From Octopus sinensis (Eukaryota), in NCBI RefSeq assembly GCF_006345805.1, contig NC_043005.1:35092001-35156000 (forward strand): a stretch of DNA of 64,000 bases, in the 5' to 3' direction. This document shows, one piece after another, positions 27,369-42,355 of the stretch (position 1 is its first letter; each line of letters opens with the position of its first letter). The position numbers were made by a program, and so were the translations under genes. Under the pieces are notes generated by a model. That model was not told the DNA's origin, did no database searches, and saw only the letters and a program-made list of their open reading frames with translations.

Positions 27369-27403
<35 letters not shown>

Positions 27404-28931
27404 AATGGTTGGAGTGGGTTGCACCAGCCTACCTCAGTTGCTATGAGGTAGATCCAGCCACCCCTGTTAACGGGGACAAAACCCGGATTTAAAACACTGG
27501 ATGAATAATAATAATAATAATCATCGTCATCATCATCATCATCATATTACATCTATTTTCCTTGCTGGCATGGATTGGACAGTTTGACAGGATCCAACAG
27601 GCAGCAGGACTGTGTTGGGCCCCAGTGATATGATTTCTATGGCAGCATGCCCTTCCTTACAATGTGTAGTGGGTGCTTTTTATATGATACTGGTACTAAT
27701 GAGGTCAGCATATAAGTTTGTCAGGAGGTTTTATTGATAAATGATTTTGTCAACCAAGAGAAGGCTTCAATTGGAATTCTGTACATGAAAATCAGAAAGC
27801 CATGTGTGAATGTAAGCTGTTGATAAACTATTCCAGAGAGATTCACATATCATGAATAAAAGAATTAAATAGTCCTACAACTGGTTCTCAATACAGTGAA
27901 ATTTAATCAATAAAAAGTGGTTTGCTATGGTCCTCTTGTCTTTTCTTTACACAAGTCGTTAAAGGCATCACAATGAAATTCAAGTTTGATTGATAAAAAA
28001 GGTGTACTGTCTTTTTGTTTTAAATGATTTTGATCCAAACAAGACTTGAAGCTTTGTAATATAAGGGATCACAAAGAAGAAAAAGAAGGATCCTACAAAT
28101 TCAAAATATGTTGATTGATTCAAAGGTTGAAGGGCTGAATTTCACAGTCCATAAGAAAACAAGATGATGGTATTGAGTTACAAAGAGTAGCAGTTTAGGG
28201 GAAAAAGCAATTAAAATAAAAGGACTTCTGACTAACAGAAAGCTAAACAGAAAAAACAGGGTGTCAGGAAAGAGAAATGGATGATATGTTTAAATGTCTT
28301 GACAGAGGGTTCTGTCAAGGTTCTGTTCATCCAAGCCTTTAAAAACTTCACAATGAAGTTCAACTTTGACTGGCAAACAGAAATTTGGAAGAGTAAAGTG
28401 TACATTTGAAAAAAAGACTAGAATGTTAGCAGAGATATAAAAAAAACAACAAAAAAACAAAAAGAGCAACAAAACACAAGGTGGGAAGGCATGACCAAGG
28501 TGTTGAAAAAGTGCAACTGGATCAGGGAAATATTTATTTCTGTGCAGTCAGGTGCAAACAGTTGGCTAGAGAAAACATACGTAGTGAGGATTTCTGGCAG
28601 AGTGACAAGGGTCATTATAGCTTTTAGGGTGCAACAAATGCATTTGGGTTTGTTCAGGGCAAAAGCAAGTATGAAGTGTTTTGACAGCTTGCTGTAAATA
28701 TTTGATGGAATTCGTTATTACTGATCTAAGATATAATTGTTGTTGTATGTGGAATTAGTGATAGGATAATGAAAGATAAAGGGTTAATAAGAAGCCAGAA
28801 GTCTAGACAATAGCAGTAATTTAAGAAGGAGTGTGGGGGAGAGAAGGGAGACGAAGGAGAATAGGTGAGATAGAAAGTATGGGAGGAAGAATGGATGAGA
28901 TAGGAAACAAGAGAGAAGGGGAAAGCAAGTG

Positions 28932-28980
<49 letters not shown>

Positions 28981-30507
28981 ATAAAAAAGAGAGAAGTGAT
29001 ATACAGAGTTTGGGGGTGGGCAGTGAATATTTAGATTTTCGTACACACATGCATATGTTCTTGCACTCATGCATGCACATACTTAAATAAACTTACAGGA
29101 CAGCTTCGTTTCGTCCACCAATGACTTTCAGGTTTTTTAAAAAGGAGAGATTCTTTAATTCCACAGGACTTTCCTGGATGGTTAAACGTCCAGTTATTTC
29201 TTGCACGCTGTTTAAGTTGTCAAGGTCTTTCAGATCTAGAGGCCCAGTTTTAAAACTAGGATCCCTAAAATAAACAAGAACATGTCCTTCAAAACATCAT
29301 TCAAACATTAAAAGTTGCAACACAAAATCACCCTCTATTGAAGGCCCAAACATTGATTTCATAAATTCAAGAGGTGTAGTGTAAAAAAAATTGTATAAAA
29401 TAGTCTGAAGAGGAGGATAGTGCATCTCCCTCCTTATCACCTACCAGCCCTCCAAAGCTTGAAGTTCATACCAGTTATGTTTAGCATGAATATAACAGAT
29501 CCAAGTCAATGTTTGCTGGAAAATTGTGGCTATGTGGATAAGAAGCTAGCTTCCCAACCACAATAGTCTTCTACTATCATATAATCCTGGACCAACCTAA
29601 CTCTTGTGAGTGAATTTGATAGGTGGCAACTGAAAGAAGCCTGTTGTGTGTGTGTGTGTTTATGTGTGTGCGTGTGTATGCGTGTGTGCGTGTATGTGTG
29701 TGTGCGTGTGTCTGTGTGTTTATGCATATATCTACATGTACAGCTGTGTATTATGCTTGCCTCCCACCACTACTTGACAACTGGTGTTGGTTTGAATACA
29801 TTCCTGTAACTTAGCAGTTTGGCAAAAGAGACTAATAGAATAAGTACCAGACTTAAAAAACAAGTACTGGGTCTATTTGCTTGACTAATACTCTTGAAGG
29901 TGGTGCTCCAGTATGGCTGCAGTCCAATGATTGAAACAAAAATATATAAGGCAAAAGGTAAATGATAAGGGCAGAATTCCAGAAAGATGAATTCTAGGAA
30001 AATGGTAGGGAAAGTTGCTGAGACAGAGGGAGTCAGTTAAATTAATCTCAGTATATGATTGGTATTAATTTTCGTCAACCCCAAAAGTTTGAAGGTAGAG
30101 TCAGAGAGAAATAAGACCACACTTGTGACAGAAAGTAATTTCCAAAAAGCATTTAGACAAGGATTCTCATCATCAACATCATGTAAAGATTGTTTTCCAT
30201 GCTGGTATGGGTACAGTTATTTCCCTCCACTGATACTTCGAATACTTAGCCTTGTGAAAGGCATGAAAGCCACAACTGCTTTCCCCCTTTTCTACATGAA
30301 GCCAATAGGGTTTAAACAGTTATTACTGGATACTTCAAGCCATGGAAGGCTGAATGAAATAAATATATTTATCTTATAAATGCTGGGGATTCATAAATAT
30401 TTACCTGAGAAAATGCTGGAGATGAATAAATATTTATTTTACAAGTGCAGGGAGTGAATAAATATTTATCTCACTAGTGCATAGTGTGAATAAATTTTTA
30501 TCCTTTA

Positions 30508-30549
<42 letters not shown>

Positions 30550-32815
30550 TTAAATTTTATTGGCCACAAGAACTCAACTTATACAAAAACAAAACAACTT
30601 ACCCTTTAAATGTTACACCTAATATAATTAAATTGCCTTCGATAATGGTACAGTCTTTGAAAGAAGCAATGTTTTTTGAATTCAACCAAGCTGTAGTTCC
30701 ATTGCAAGCTAGAAAGAAATAGATTAACATTTTAGTATGGTACAATGGTTTATGATATTGTTAGGTAAAAGAAAGAGGGGGAAAAAGGTAGGTAAGTAGA
30801 TAGTAGGTACACCGAGAAGGTAGATAATTATCTACTTATCTAGATGCTTAGACACACACACACACACACCTAATTCATCACCATTATTATCATCATCATC
30901 ATCATTATCATCTGATATGTTTTCCATGCTGGCATGGATTGGATGGTTTAACAGGATCTGGTGCGTTGCAAAGCTGTCATGTCTCAATGACAGCTTTGAC
31001 AGAGTTCCTAAGGCTGAATACTCTTCTTCTTGCTAACTTTATAACAGTGTGTATTGGACACCTTCCTCATGGCATACACATCTGTGAGGTCACCAAGTAA
31101 CTTGTAAGACAAGAAAAGGACAAAAACAAAATGGAAAAAAACCCCTCTTGGCTAAGTGTGTATATGTGTGAGTTGTGTATTTGGGAGAGAAAAGTGGCTT
31201 CATGCTTGGTATTGAGAGGCTAAAATATATATGATATATATATGATAGATAGACAAACACAGGTGTTTTGTTAAAGCGGAGATACACGGCTACCCAACAA
31301 TATATTTGAATGGGTAGTGTTAACTGAGAAGAAGATAAAGATGGTAGAGATGGATGGAGTACCAGAACAAACTCACAGGCTACAGGAAGGTGAGTATAAG
31401 GGGAAATATGGGACAGTGAATTGGGATTGATGGTAAATTAATAAAAGTGTAAGGGGAGAGTAACAGAAGGTTAGAGATGAATGTATTGAGTGACGAATAA
31501 GGGTGGAGGTGCAGGTGATGGGGAAATAACAGTATGGAAGGAGATAAGCTTGAGAAGGAGGATTGATCAGGAGATAGATGAATTGATGTGCAAAGTGCAG
31601 GAATGGTAGGGAGGAAAGATCTGTTTGGCTGTCACTTTTCAATCTCTTCAATTTTTGTTCCAGTTGATTTCGTATTTGGTGTAATGATGTAGTTTTGTAT
31701 AGTAATCATGGGCATGAAATTTGCGTTCACCATAAATCAATAAATAAAGAGCTAACAGTTTTTAAAGTTTGCAAATTTGGGGTAATTTTAACCAATTTGA
31801 AAGCCACAGACATAGGTGCTTCTTTCCGTAGTAACAAATCATGTTGTTACTAAGCTGCTCACCCACGTGGTCATTTTTTGCTTATTAAATGCTTAAAACA
31901 CATGAGGTATGAGGTGGTCATGAGATGTGCTAAAAATAATAGCTGAATAGGCCTTAAATCAATGCACCAAAATTTCTTTTGGCTTTTGCATAATTATATG
32001 AATTCTCACATGTAAAATACAAATTCACATAAATTTTCTGAAATTTCCAAAAAATAAAAAAAGTTATGAGGGGTTATATGGCATGCATAAAGCAGAATTC
32101 CATCAATACTTCATTTGTTTATAGTTGATAACGCACAAAATGATAGCTTCCAAATCCTGTTTTCTGACTGGATAAAAATTATCAAGCTTTAAACCTCTGT
32201 AAATTAAAAACAAAAATTTCTGGAAGTGAATTAGCCCCTGAGATTTGGCATGGAAAATTACATCAATACACCAAATTTTAAAATTTCCACAGGAGCAGCC
32301 AAACAGAAAAGATCTGAGATATTGTTTTTTTGATAGATAATTGCAAAGACTGAAGAATAAACAAAAAAAATGTATACTGACAGATGTTAAAATTACATTT
32401 CAATTTATGGATCTATACTGTAACACATGAAAAATTAAAATGTAAAAATGGGAACAAAAATGCTCATAAAATAAAAATTCTCTTTTGTTGCTTATCTTAT
32501 ACTAATAATACTCGTTGCTGCTTGCTTGGTCATGCTGAGCATGTCAAACAACCTTATATGGAATAACTCTTTGTCCCCCCACTCTCACTGCCTATTACTT
32601 TTACTATACCCCCTGCTATACAATAACAATTAATAATTCACCTCCTCTATCTTTAACTCCTACCACTACAATTTCTGTATCTGCACTTCTTCCTAATTTT
32701 ACTACCATGGCTGTTGCCTACTCTATGGCTGTTGTCTTCATTTAGAAGTAGGACTTGGATCAAGAAAAACATCACACATAGTGGCATGTGGTGTATTTAT
32801 TGATACATTATGTAT

Positions 32816-32857
<42 letters not shown>

Positions 32858-34490
32858 TATACACACACATGCACACAGACACAGGTGCAGACTTGGCTGT
32901 GTGATAAGAAGCCAAGACATGCATGGCTGTGTGGTAAGAAGTTTGCTTCCCAACTACATGGTTCCAGGTTCAGTCCCACTGCGTGGCACCTTGGGCAAGT
33001 GCCTTCTACTGTAGCTTTGAACTGAACAAAGCCTTGTAAGTGGATTTGGTAGATGGAAACTGAAAGAAGCCTGTTGATTGGAGCAATCTCGAGTATAACC
33101 AGCTGAAATTGCAAACATAATCTGGAACTCGACTGAGGAAAGAAAACTCTGAATGAGCCATCCTTGTTTTCTGTGTATCGTCTAAGATGTGGCTCATGTA
33201 TAGGGTGTGACTCATCTATGGGGAGTGGATCATCCATATGCTGAGGATCATGTATGGGGTGAGACTGATCTGTGGGATACATTTGATCTATAGGACATAG
33301 CTTGCCAATCGGATGTAGCTTATTTACAAAATGTTGCTTATTTATAGGATATTGTTTCCTTATAGGACACTCTCTTCATAATGTATTTGTTTTCAAGAAC
33401 TGTAAAATCAAAAATTAGATTGAAAGCAAAAACTGACTTCATTACCCCTTTAGCATTCAGATTATTGCCAAATGTAATACTTTTTCATTCACATTGATTT
33501 AAATTAATCATGCATTATTTTGTAGATTCGAAAATTTAACGATGTGATTGTATATTTATGAAATGACATTGAAGAATATGTGTGTTTGGCTGGATCTGGT
33601 TGATTTGAACATAAAACAGGTAGCATATTTGGGCCAAATATGACTGGTTTAAATGTTGAAAAGTTAAGTAAGTTTCAGAAACATGGATTCTCCCCAACAT
33701 TTATATATACATATAGATAACATTTATGGGTGAAACCAGCAAAAATGAAAGCTTTAAGTACACTTACTCTTTGGACAAACTCCTTCACAGAGAACGCAGG
33801 TGTTGTTGACTGCTTGTTTGTTTGTAGGACATTTCCTTACACAAGCAGAATCATCTTTCAGCATATGACCTGTAATATCAGAGTTTATATAATATTGAAA
33901 GAATAGGTTTTAGAAACCAATAGCATATAATCATTATTATCATTTTAATATCTAATTTTTGAAACTTGTATGGGCCAGACAAAATATCTTGAGGCAGATT
34001 TTCTGCGGCCTGATGATCATTTTAACCGGATAGAAAGCAAAGTAATATTTTCCCCTTGGTCTGTTTTCACAGAAGATTGCAAATAAACAACATTGCATGT
34101 ATGATTGTGATATTTGTTTACATTTAGTGTGCAATGTCAAGACAAGAACACACACAATACATACATACATACATACATACATACATAAATAAATATAAAT
34201 ATTGAACAATGATAATGAGTGCTCAACACTTCATTGGTGGATAAAGATTCTTTATTTTGTGTACTAAAGCTACCATTGGTTTCACGTTAAAGAATGCCTC
34301 AACAATTATCAAGCCTGTCACATGGAAACATTGGTGCTTGTCTCCATTTTGGAGTATGTATATATCTATTATTTTTAATCCAAAATGGAGACAGACACTG
34401 ATGTTTCCACATGATAGTCGTGATAATTGCTGAGGTATTTCTTATCATGAAACCAATTGTAGCCTCGATACACAAATAATAAATAAATAA

Positions 34491-34521
<31 letters not shown>

Positions 34522-34617
34522 ATATACATACAACACACACATATATATATATACATACATACACACACATATATATACATATATACACACACACACATAA
34601 TATATATATATACATAC

Positions 34618-34657
<40 letters not shown>

Positions 34658-34663
34658 ATACAT

Positions 34664-34694
<31 letters not shown>

Positions 34695-35052
34695 CATACA
34701 CACACACACACCACACACATATATATATACATACACACACACAGACACACATATATATATATACATACACACCACACACACACATATATATATATACATA
34801 CACACACACACACACATATATATATATACATACACACACACACACACATATATATATATACATACACACACACACACATATATATATATATACATACACA
34901 CACACACCACACATATATATATATATACATACACACACACATATATATATATATACATACACACACACACACACACATATATATATACATACACACACAC
35001 ACACACACATATATATATACATACACACACACACACACATATATATATACAT

Positions 35053-35083
<31 letters not shown>

Positions 35084-35117
35084 CATACACACACACACAC
35101 ACATATATTATATACAT

Positions 35118-35148
<31 letters not shown>

Positions 35149-35151
35149 CAT

Positions 35152-35184
<33 letters not shown>

Positions 35185-35187
35185 CAT

Positions 35188-35218
<31 letters not shown>

Positions 35219-35221
35219 CAT

Positions 35222-35274
<53 letters not shown>

Positions 35275-37906
35275 TATATATATATATATATACATACATA
35301 CACACACACATCTGACAAGCTTCTTGTTAATTTCCAACTACCAAACTCACTCATAATGTTTTGGCTAGCTTGAAGATATAGTAAAAGCCACTTGAACAAG
35401 ATGCTGTGTACTGGGACTGAACCACATCTTGAACAAGTGTCTTCTACTTATTTTACAGTCTGGCCAAAATCTTGAGAGTGGCTTTGGTAGACAGAAACTG
35501 AATGAAGCCTGTTGGGTGTGTATGGATGTATGCACGGGTATGTGTATGTATGTCTGTGTGTGTGTGAGTGTGTGTGTGTGTGTGTGTGTTTACACTTGTG
35601 CTTCTCTGAAAGCCAATGAGCTACAAGTGATGGTGATGTTTACCTTGTCAACAAATCATCTGCTGGCTTTACCCCTTCAAAGACGGGGAATAGAATGAGA
35701 AACCCCTTATTTTAAAAACAGGCAAGGGTTAGCAACAGGAAGAGTATCTACCTTTAAAACGATGCCACAATAATATATTTACCTGATCCATGCTAGCATA
35801 GAAAATTGGACATAAAAGCAAATAAACAAATGAATTCTAACTCACTTGGACAATCCTTAACACAAAGAGATCCATAAGAATATTTGTAGTTGGGATTCTT
35901 TTCCATCTCAAATGTAACGGTGTTATATTTAGTCATAGGAGGACAAAAAGCAACACATTCTCCTTCATTCCTGAATCTTCGACAAGCCTACAATAAGGAG
36001 AAAAAAAAAAGCATTTGGTTTGTATTTGTTCATGTTTTTATATAATAACAACTGATATAAATGTTGGTTGGTTGGTTGGTTGGATGATTGATTTTACAAC
36101 TCACACTTTACAGCATAGAGATGGGGAAAAGAAAGGGAGAGTAAAGGAGAGACACAGAGTTAGCCTAACGGGTACTGAATGAGTGCTTAGTGGAAGGCAA
36201 TGACTAGAAAAATGCCACACACTGTGAGAGAGAGAGAGAAAACAAAATCATCTCTGTATAATAATATCTGACATTAGTGTTGGCTGGTTGTGGGTTGATA
36301 TCTTTTGTCCTGGTTTACATTGTACAGGGAGTAGGCGGAGGGGGGAGGAGATTCAGAGAGACTTAACATAAGAAGTGAAAGATGAGTGCACATTTAAGGT
36401 TTTGTGGCAGGCACAAAGTTTTTAAACTGGTAAAGCAGTCTTTATTTACAGAACATACTTTTATTCCACCAGGTGGCTATTTGCAATATCAGTGAATGTA
36501 TTATTCACTGTTTCCTATCTATTGGAGGGAACAGATTCCATTCAGATGAGTAACTGCAAGTATACATTTTTGATAAGGCTCAAGATGGCTGAAATGCATC
36601 TGGTATTCTTATGAATAATTTTAAATCTCTCTTTGATACATATTTCTTTTAACACAAGTCCTTGAAAAGATTTTATCTTGGATGAAAACCACAGCATCAT
36701 GCCTATCAATAGTGTATATACATAATACATGGATGGTTATACATATATATTGTCTGTCTAGAGCAAATTCTGTATTTATGGTTGATAAGATTCAACTGGA
36801 AGAATTGTCAGAGTATTGGGGAGATTGCATTGTGATATTTGTTCTGGGTCTTTATATTCTCGGTTTAAATCCCACCAATGTCAACTTTGGCTGTCATCCT
36901 TTCAGGAATGGTGATAAAAACAAAAGAGAACAGAAACACTCCAGATGGTGGTTTGGTGGAATAGCAAAAATGTTGGACCAGATGCTTTGCAGCATTTGCT
37001 CTGGGTCTTTGTGTTCTGTGTTCAAATCCTGCCATAGCCCACACAGGTGGTGGATTTAACTCAGTTCAATCCCACTGCCTGGCACCATGAATGTCTTTAG
37101 TGGAGTCTACTCTGTTGAGAGCACTCAAATGAGGCATCCAATTTGTAGATACCATCTGCCCTCCTTTTCTCTCACTAGTCTCAGAGGCCCTATAATGTGT
37201 CATGGGTACTGACTTACTTCTAGACTGAAAGATATGAATACTAGAAAAATCATTCTGCAAATAAAAACACATACATCAATATTGGGTGATAATTTCAAAA
37301 GAGAAAATGTTTCAACACACAGTTTCCCATCAACAATCTCAACCCCCACACACAATTGCACATATACAATGAGAAAGCTGGAGTGTAGTCACATACCAAA
37401 CAATCAGTATTCTTGGGTCCAGTACATCCACCAGCACATTCTGCATGGCAACATTGGTTTGGCAGTTTACCGAAACAGCGGTTGTCACAGGAAGCACTGC
37501 ACACAGCACCCTGGCTTACTAAAGTGACAAAACAAATATAAAAATTTTTACTGGAAGGAAATGACAAAAATATTCAAAATTTAAAACATTTTTCAAGGAG
37601 AGATTTAGATGTTTATTATGTGTTCTTCCATGATGAAGCATTATTTGAGGCAAGACTTTATGAATGAATGCTTTCCTTCATCAACACTTAACTGTTTTAC
37701 AAGTAAGGAATTTCTTTATTCCAAAGAAATTTGAACATGCAGAGTGATAGTTATGAGGAATGTCAACAATAGACACAACTATGATCAATTGGTGAAAGCA
37801 TGGCATGGAATATAAACACACATGCACATAAATACACACACAACGTATTCTCCTTGCTTGCCTACCCTACACCTGCCTGCCCTGTGTGTGTGTGTGTGTG
37901 TGTGTA

Positions 37907-37958
<52 letters not shown>

Positions 37959-40900
37959 CACATATATACATACATATATATAAATATATACATACACACA
38001 CACACATATATATATATATGACAAGCTTCTTTCAGTTTCCAGTATATCAAATTCACTCACAAAGCTTTGGTCAACCCAGGGCTATAGTAGAAGGCTTGTC
38101 CAAGGTGCTACACAGTGGAACTGAACTTAAAACAATGTGGTTGAGAAGCAAACTTCTAAACCACACATCCATGTTTGAATCCAAAAATGTCAGAATGCAA
38201 TAATTTAACTGAAATATATTCTAAGAAAATTCTGGAACCACAAATATTAGAGTGATATGTTCCTGTGACCTCTGCTGCCAGAACAAACAGATGCTTTCAA
38301 ATTGCCATTCTTGACTGACTGACAACGTGTATAGTATGGACATGAGGGTTAAAGCCAACCAATAAAGAGCTGAGCCTGTTTCACACATATCTGATTTAGT
38401 TTTGCTTTTGGTAGGCAATCTCATCAAACATATTTGCTTATGATATCTACATTTGTTTATAATATCCACATTCATTTATAATATCCATTCTTTTATAATA
38501 TCCACATTTGTTTACATTATCCATATTTATAAAGACTGAGCAGTGACATGGTGAACCCAATTATGTGTGTATGTGTGCGTGCGTGCATGTGTGTTAGTGT
38601 GCATAGCAAATCTGGAAGCCAAACCAATGTTTGGCAGATAAGTCACATACGATTTCTAATGCTTGATTTTTGTCAGTAAAGAAACAACACAAACACTCCA
38701 CTCCACTCCACCCAACAAAATAACTACAAGTATGTAGTTTATGGATTCACCTTTAGGTGTTATTCAAAAGGATATTTAAATAAAATAGGCTTGAAGTCCC
38801 TTACATTTTTGGCACATTTCTGGTCCTGCACCCCAACAATTCAGCTGGGCTGTGCTATTATGATAACAGCTACGATGACAGGGTTTACCTAAAAATATAA
38901 GAACATAAAAAAAAATAAAAATGGAACAAAATTCAGTATATAATTACTTGATTAAATTTAAAACTCATTACATAAACAGAGAATCTGATTAGAAGTTAAA
39001 GTGAGAACATAAGCAAAACCATTAGTTTATATGCAAGCTGTATGCAATTTTTATGTAACCACAAAGTGCAAATGTCACAACCAAGTGTATATAAAGTGCA
39101 TATGACCACGAATGTATATATAGAGTGAATATAATTGCCAAGGTGTATATAAAGTGCATGTCATCATCAAAATGTATTTAGAGTGCATTTAATCATGAAG
39201 GTGTATATAAAATGCATATAATCTACAAAGTGGCTTTGTGGTTAGGGGTATTTGGCTCACAATCATAAGGTTGTGAGTTCAATTCCTGATGGTGTGTTGT
39301 GTCCTTGATCAAGACACTTTATTTCACATTGCTCCAGTCCAATCAGCTGGCAAAAATGAGTTGTACCAGTAATTAAAGGGGCCAGCCATGTCATATTCCG
39401 TGTCATACTGAATCTCCCTGAGAACTACATTAAAGGTATGTGCGCCTCTGGAGTGCTTAGTTACTTGCATGAAAATTTCATGGGTAGGCTGTTCCATTGA
39501 TTGGAACCCTTGTCATTGTAAACCAATGGAATGCCAGTAAAAAAAATGTATATAAAGTACATATAATTATCAAGGTGTATATAAAGTGAATGTTGCCACA
39601 TGTTACTTTATATCAATTGTATACAACTTAGTTTTGTCTTGTTAAACATAAAATACAGAAAGATCTTGTAATTAATATTGTAGCAGTGAAATGGTTCAGT
39701 TCTGTTGGGATCATCTGAATCATTGTCTTGTTTAATAATCAAGAAAATGGTGGAGGAAATTAGCAGAAAATTCTCAAGAAGAACAGAGTTCTATTTGGCG
39801 TTATTTGTACTACTTGACTAAAATCTCTATCTTTTCAGCATTTCTTGAACTCATTGCAAACTGAAGTATGATGCAGTCCTCAGACTCATTGGATCCCCTC
39901 TCATTTCCAACCAAAGCCAGCATTAGAAAATGGATGTTAAAAGATGATGAAATTTATATATAAATTAGACTATCTCAGCTTTGATAATAACCTACATAAG
40001 ACTTTAAAATACATTCCTTTTAAATTAAAGGGAGTGTTTGCAGTATTATATCATTCATTATCAATCTTAAGTATCCTAACACACACACAAATGATTTTAT
40101 TTTATTTTAAAGCAAAGACAATGCAAGGTATTAAAAATACAGGTCAATGGTTTGTACTATTATCTGGTATTTCGATATTTTGGAGTTAGGAACCCTTTTT
40201 CAGGAAATCTTTGGAGAAAAAGTGAAGTCAGCTCACAACACCTTTTCTTTGAAGATTTCCTGAAACATTGAAATGTAAGACTACTAATCATTGACCTGTA
40301 TTATGAATAATTGCATGGTTTTGGCTAAAAAAAAAATTAATATCATTTATATATATCAGACATTGGCTTCATGAAAACTATATGTGTATATATTCTCATA
40401 GAAAATGGAGATGAGTAATAACATTCCCATGTGGTTTAGTTGAGCAATTTAGTTGAACAGATGGTACCATTGGGTGCATTGTTAGCCACAAATAAAGAAT
40501 AGTTACCTATCAAGTCAGTGTTGAACACACTTTCTCACTGTTCAGTATAAGCACTTGTCTGTCTATCTATCTGTCTGAATGTCTATCTATCTATATGCAT
40601 GCATATGCATACTTTAAAAATACAATCTGAAAGCAGAACAGTAAAAGCATGCAAGACTTTTCTCAAGCTCAAACTGTAGATTTGTTTTTGTTATTTATAT
40701 TTCAATGATTGAGCTTTGCATTTTTGTTAGAAACCAACTTTTTCCTAAGAAGAAAACTTTAAATAATTGAAAATAGAAGAGAATATAAATACATACTTAT
40801 GCATGTATGTATTATTATAAAAATACATCAGACATCCAGGTAACTATGAAAATAATATATAATGTAAGCATATATATTATATATATCAATATTACACCAC

Positions 40901-42311
40901 ATAAGATGATATGATATCATAAAATAATGGAAATGAAAAGAATACTTACATTTTCGTCTTTTAAAGTCAGATTCAAAGAAAAATTCAACTGGTGGTTTTG
41001 AAGTTGGGTTGATATCCGTCCAATTAATGGTTGTTTCATAACACAGCAAATTGTTGTTCATGAAGGAAACTTTTCCATTTAAGATTTCTGGAATAAAGTA
41101 AAAAAAAAAAAAGAATAAAGGTTAAATGATTAATATAAAATAATAGTAGATGCAATTGTAGCTGTGTGGTTGAGAAGTTTGCTTCCCAACCATGTGGTCT
41201 CAGGTTCAGTCTCACTATGTGGAACCTTGGGCAGATGTGCCTTCTATGATAGCCCAGGACCAATCAAAACCTTGTGAGTAGATTTGGTAGATGGAAACTG
41301 AAAGAAGCCTATTGTATATATGTCAGTGAGTGTGTGTGTTGGTAACATGATGGCCATCTGGCCATAGAAAATCTGCTTTAATAAATTCCATCTAACCCAT
41401 GCAAAAGTGAATATTAAAAAAATTAATAATAGCTCTTTCTACAAGAAGCACAAGGCCTGAAAGCTTTGAGTGGAGGCAGGTTAGTTGATTACAATGAGTC
41501 CAGAGCTCACATGTACTTATTCTATCAACCCCAAAATGATGCAAGGCAATGTTGACCTTGGTAGAATTTGAACCCAGAATATAAAGGGAGGCAAAATGCT
41601 GCAGAGCATTTTGTCCAACTCATTAATGCTTCTACCAGCTCACCACCTTATGATGAGATAATAATAATAATTTCTTCTTCTATAGGCACAAGGCCTGAAA
41701 TTTTGTGGGAGGGGAATAGTTCTTATATCGACCCCAATGCTTCACTCGAACTTAATTTATGGACTCCAAAAGGCTGAAGGGCAAAGTCGACCTTGGTGGA
41801 ATTTGAACTCAGAATGTAACAATGGAGCAAAATGCCGCTAAGCATTTTACCTGGTGTGCTAATGATTCTGCCAGCTCACCATAGCCCTTTCTATTATAGG
41901 CACAAGGCCTGACATTTTGGAGGAGAGATTACATCAAATCCAGTGCTCAACTGGTACTTATTTTATCAATTCCCAAAAGGATAAATGACAAATCAACTTA
42001 GGCAGAATTTGATCTCAGAATGCAGATGGATGAAATGTTGCTAAGCATTTTGTCTGGTATGCTAACAATTCTGCCAGCCTTGAGTAATGGTTTCATATTT
42101 TGGCACAAGGCCATCAATTGTAAGGGTGCAGGCTAGTCAATTACATTGACTCCAGTGTTTGATCCCGAAAGAATGAAAGGCAAACTCAACCATTGTAGAA
42201 CTTAAATGCAGATCATAAAGACAAATGAAATGCTGATAAACACTTTGTTCAGCATTCTAACAACTCTGCTAGTTTGCTGCCTTATGAATAATAATGATAA
42301 TGATGATGATG

Positions 42312-42355
<44 letters not shown>

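Noticed and set aside
27720-28700. Possible very old CR1/L2 RT remnant on the minus strand (HGF- and KAFD-like traces)
   Set aside because: Motifs are too decayed and their spacing inconsistent; needs a profile HMM search.
34299-35399. Long ORFs of 219-366 aa rich in Y/I/C/V, plus many similar YI, CV, HT and ER ORFs elsewhere
   Set aside because: Translations of (CA)n, (TA)n and (GA)n microsatellites, which lack stops in some frames; not genes.
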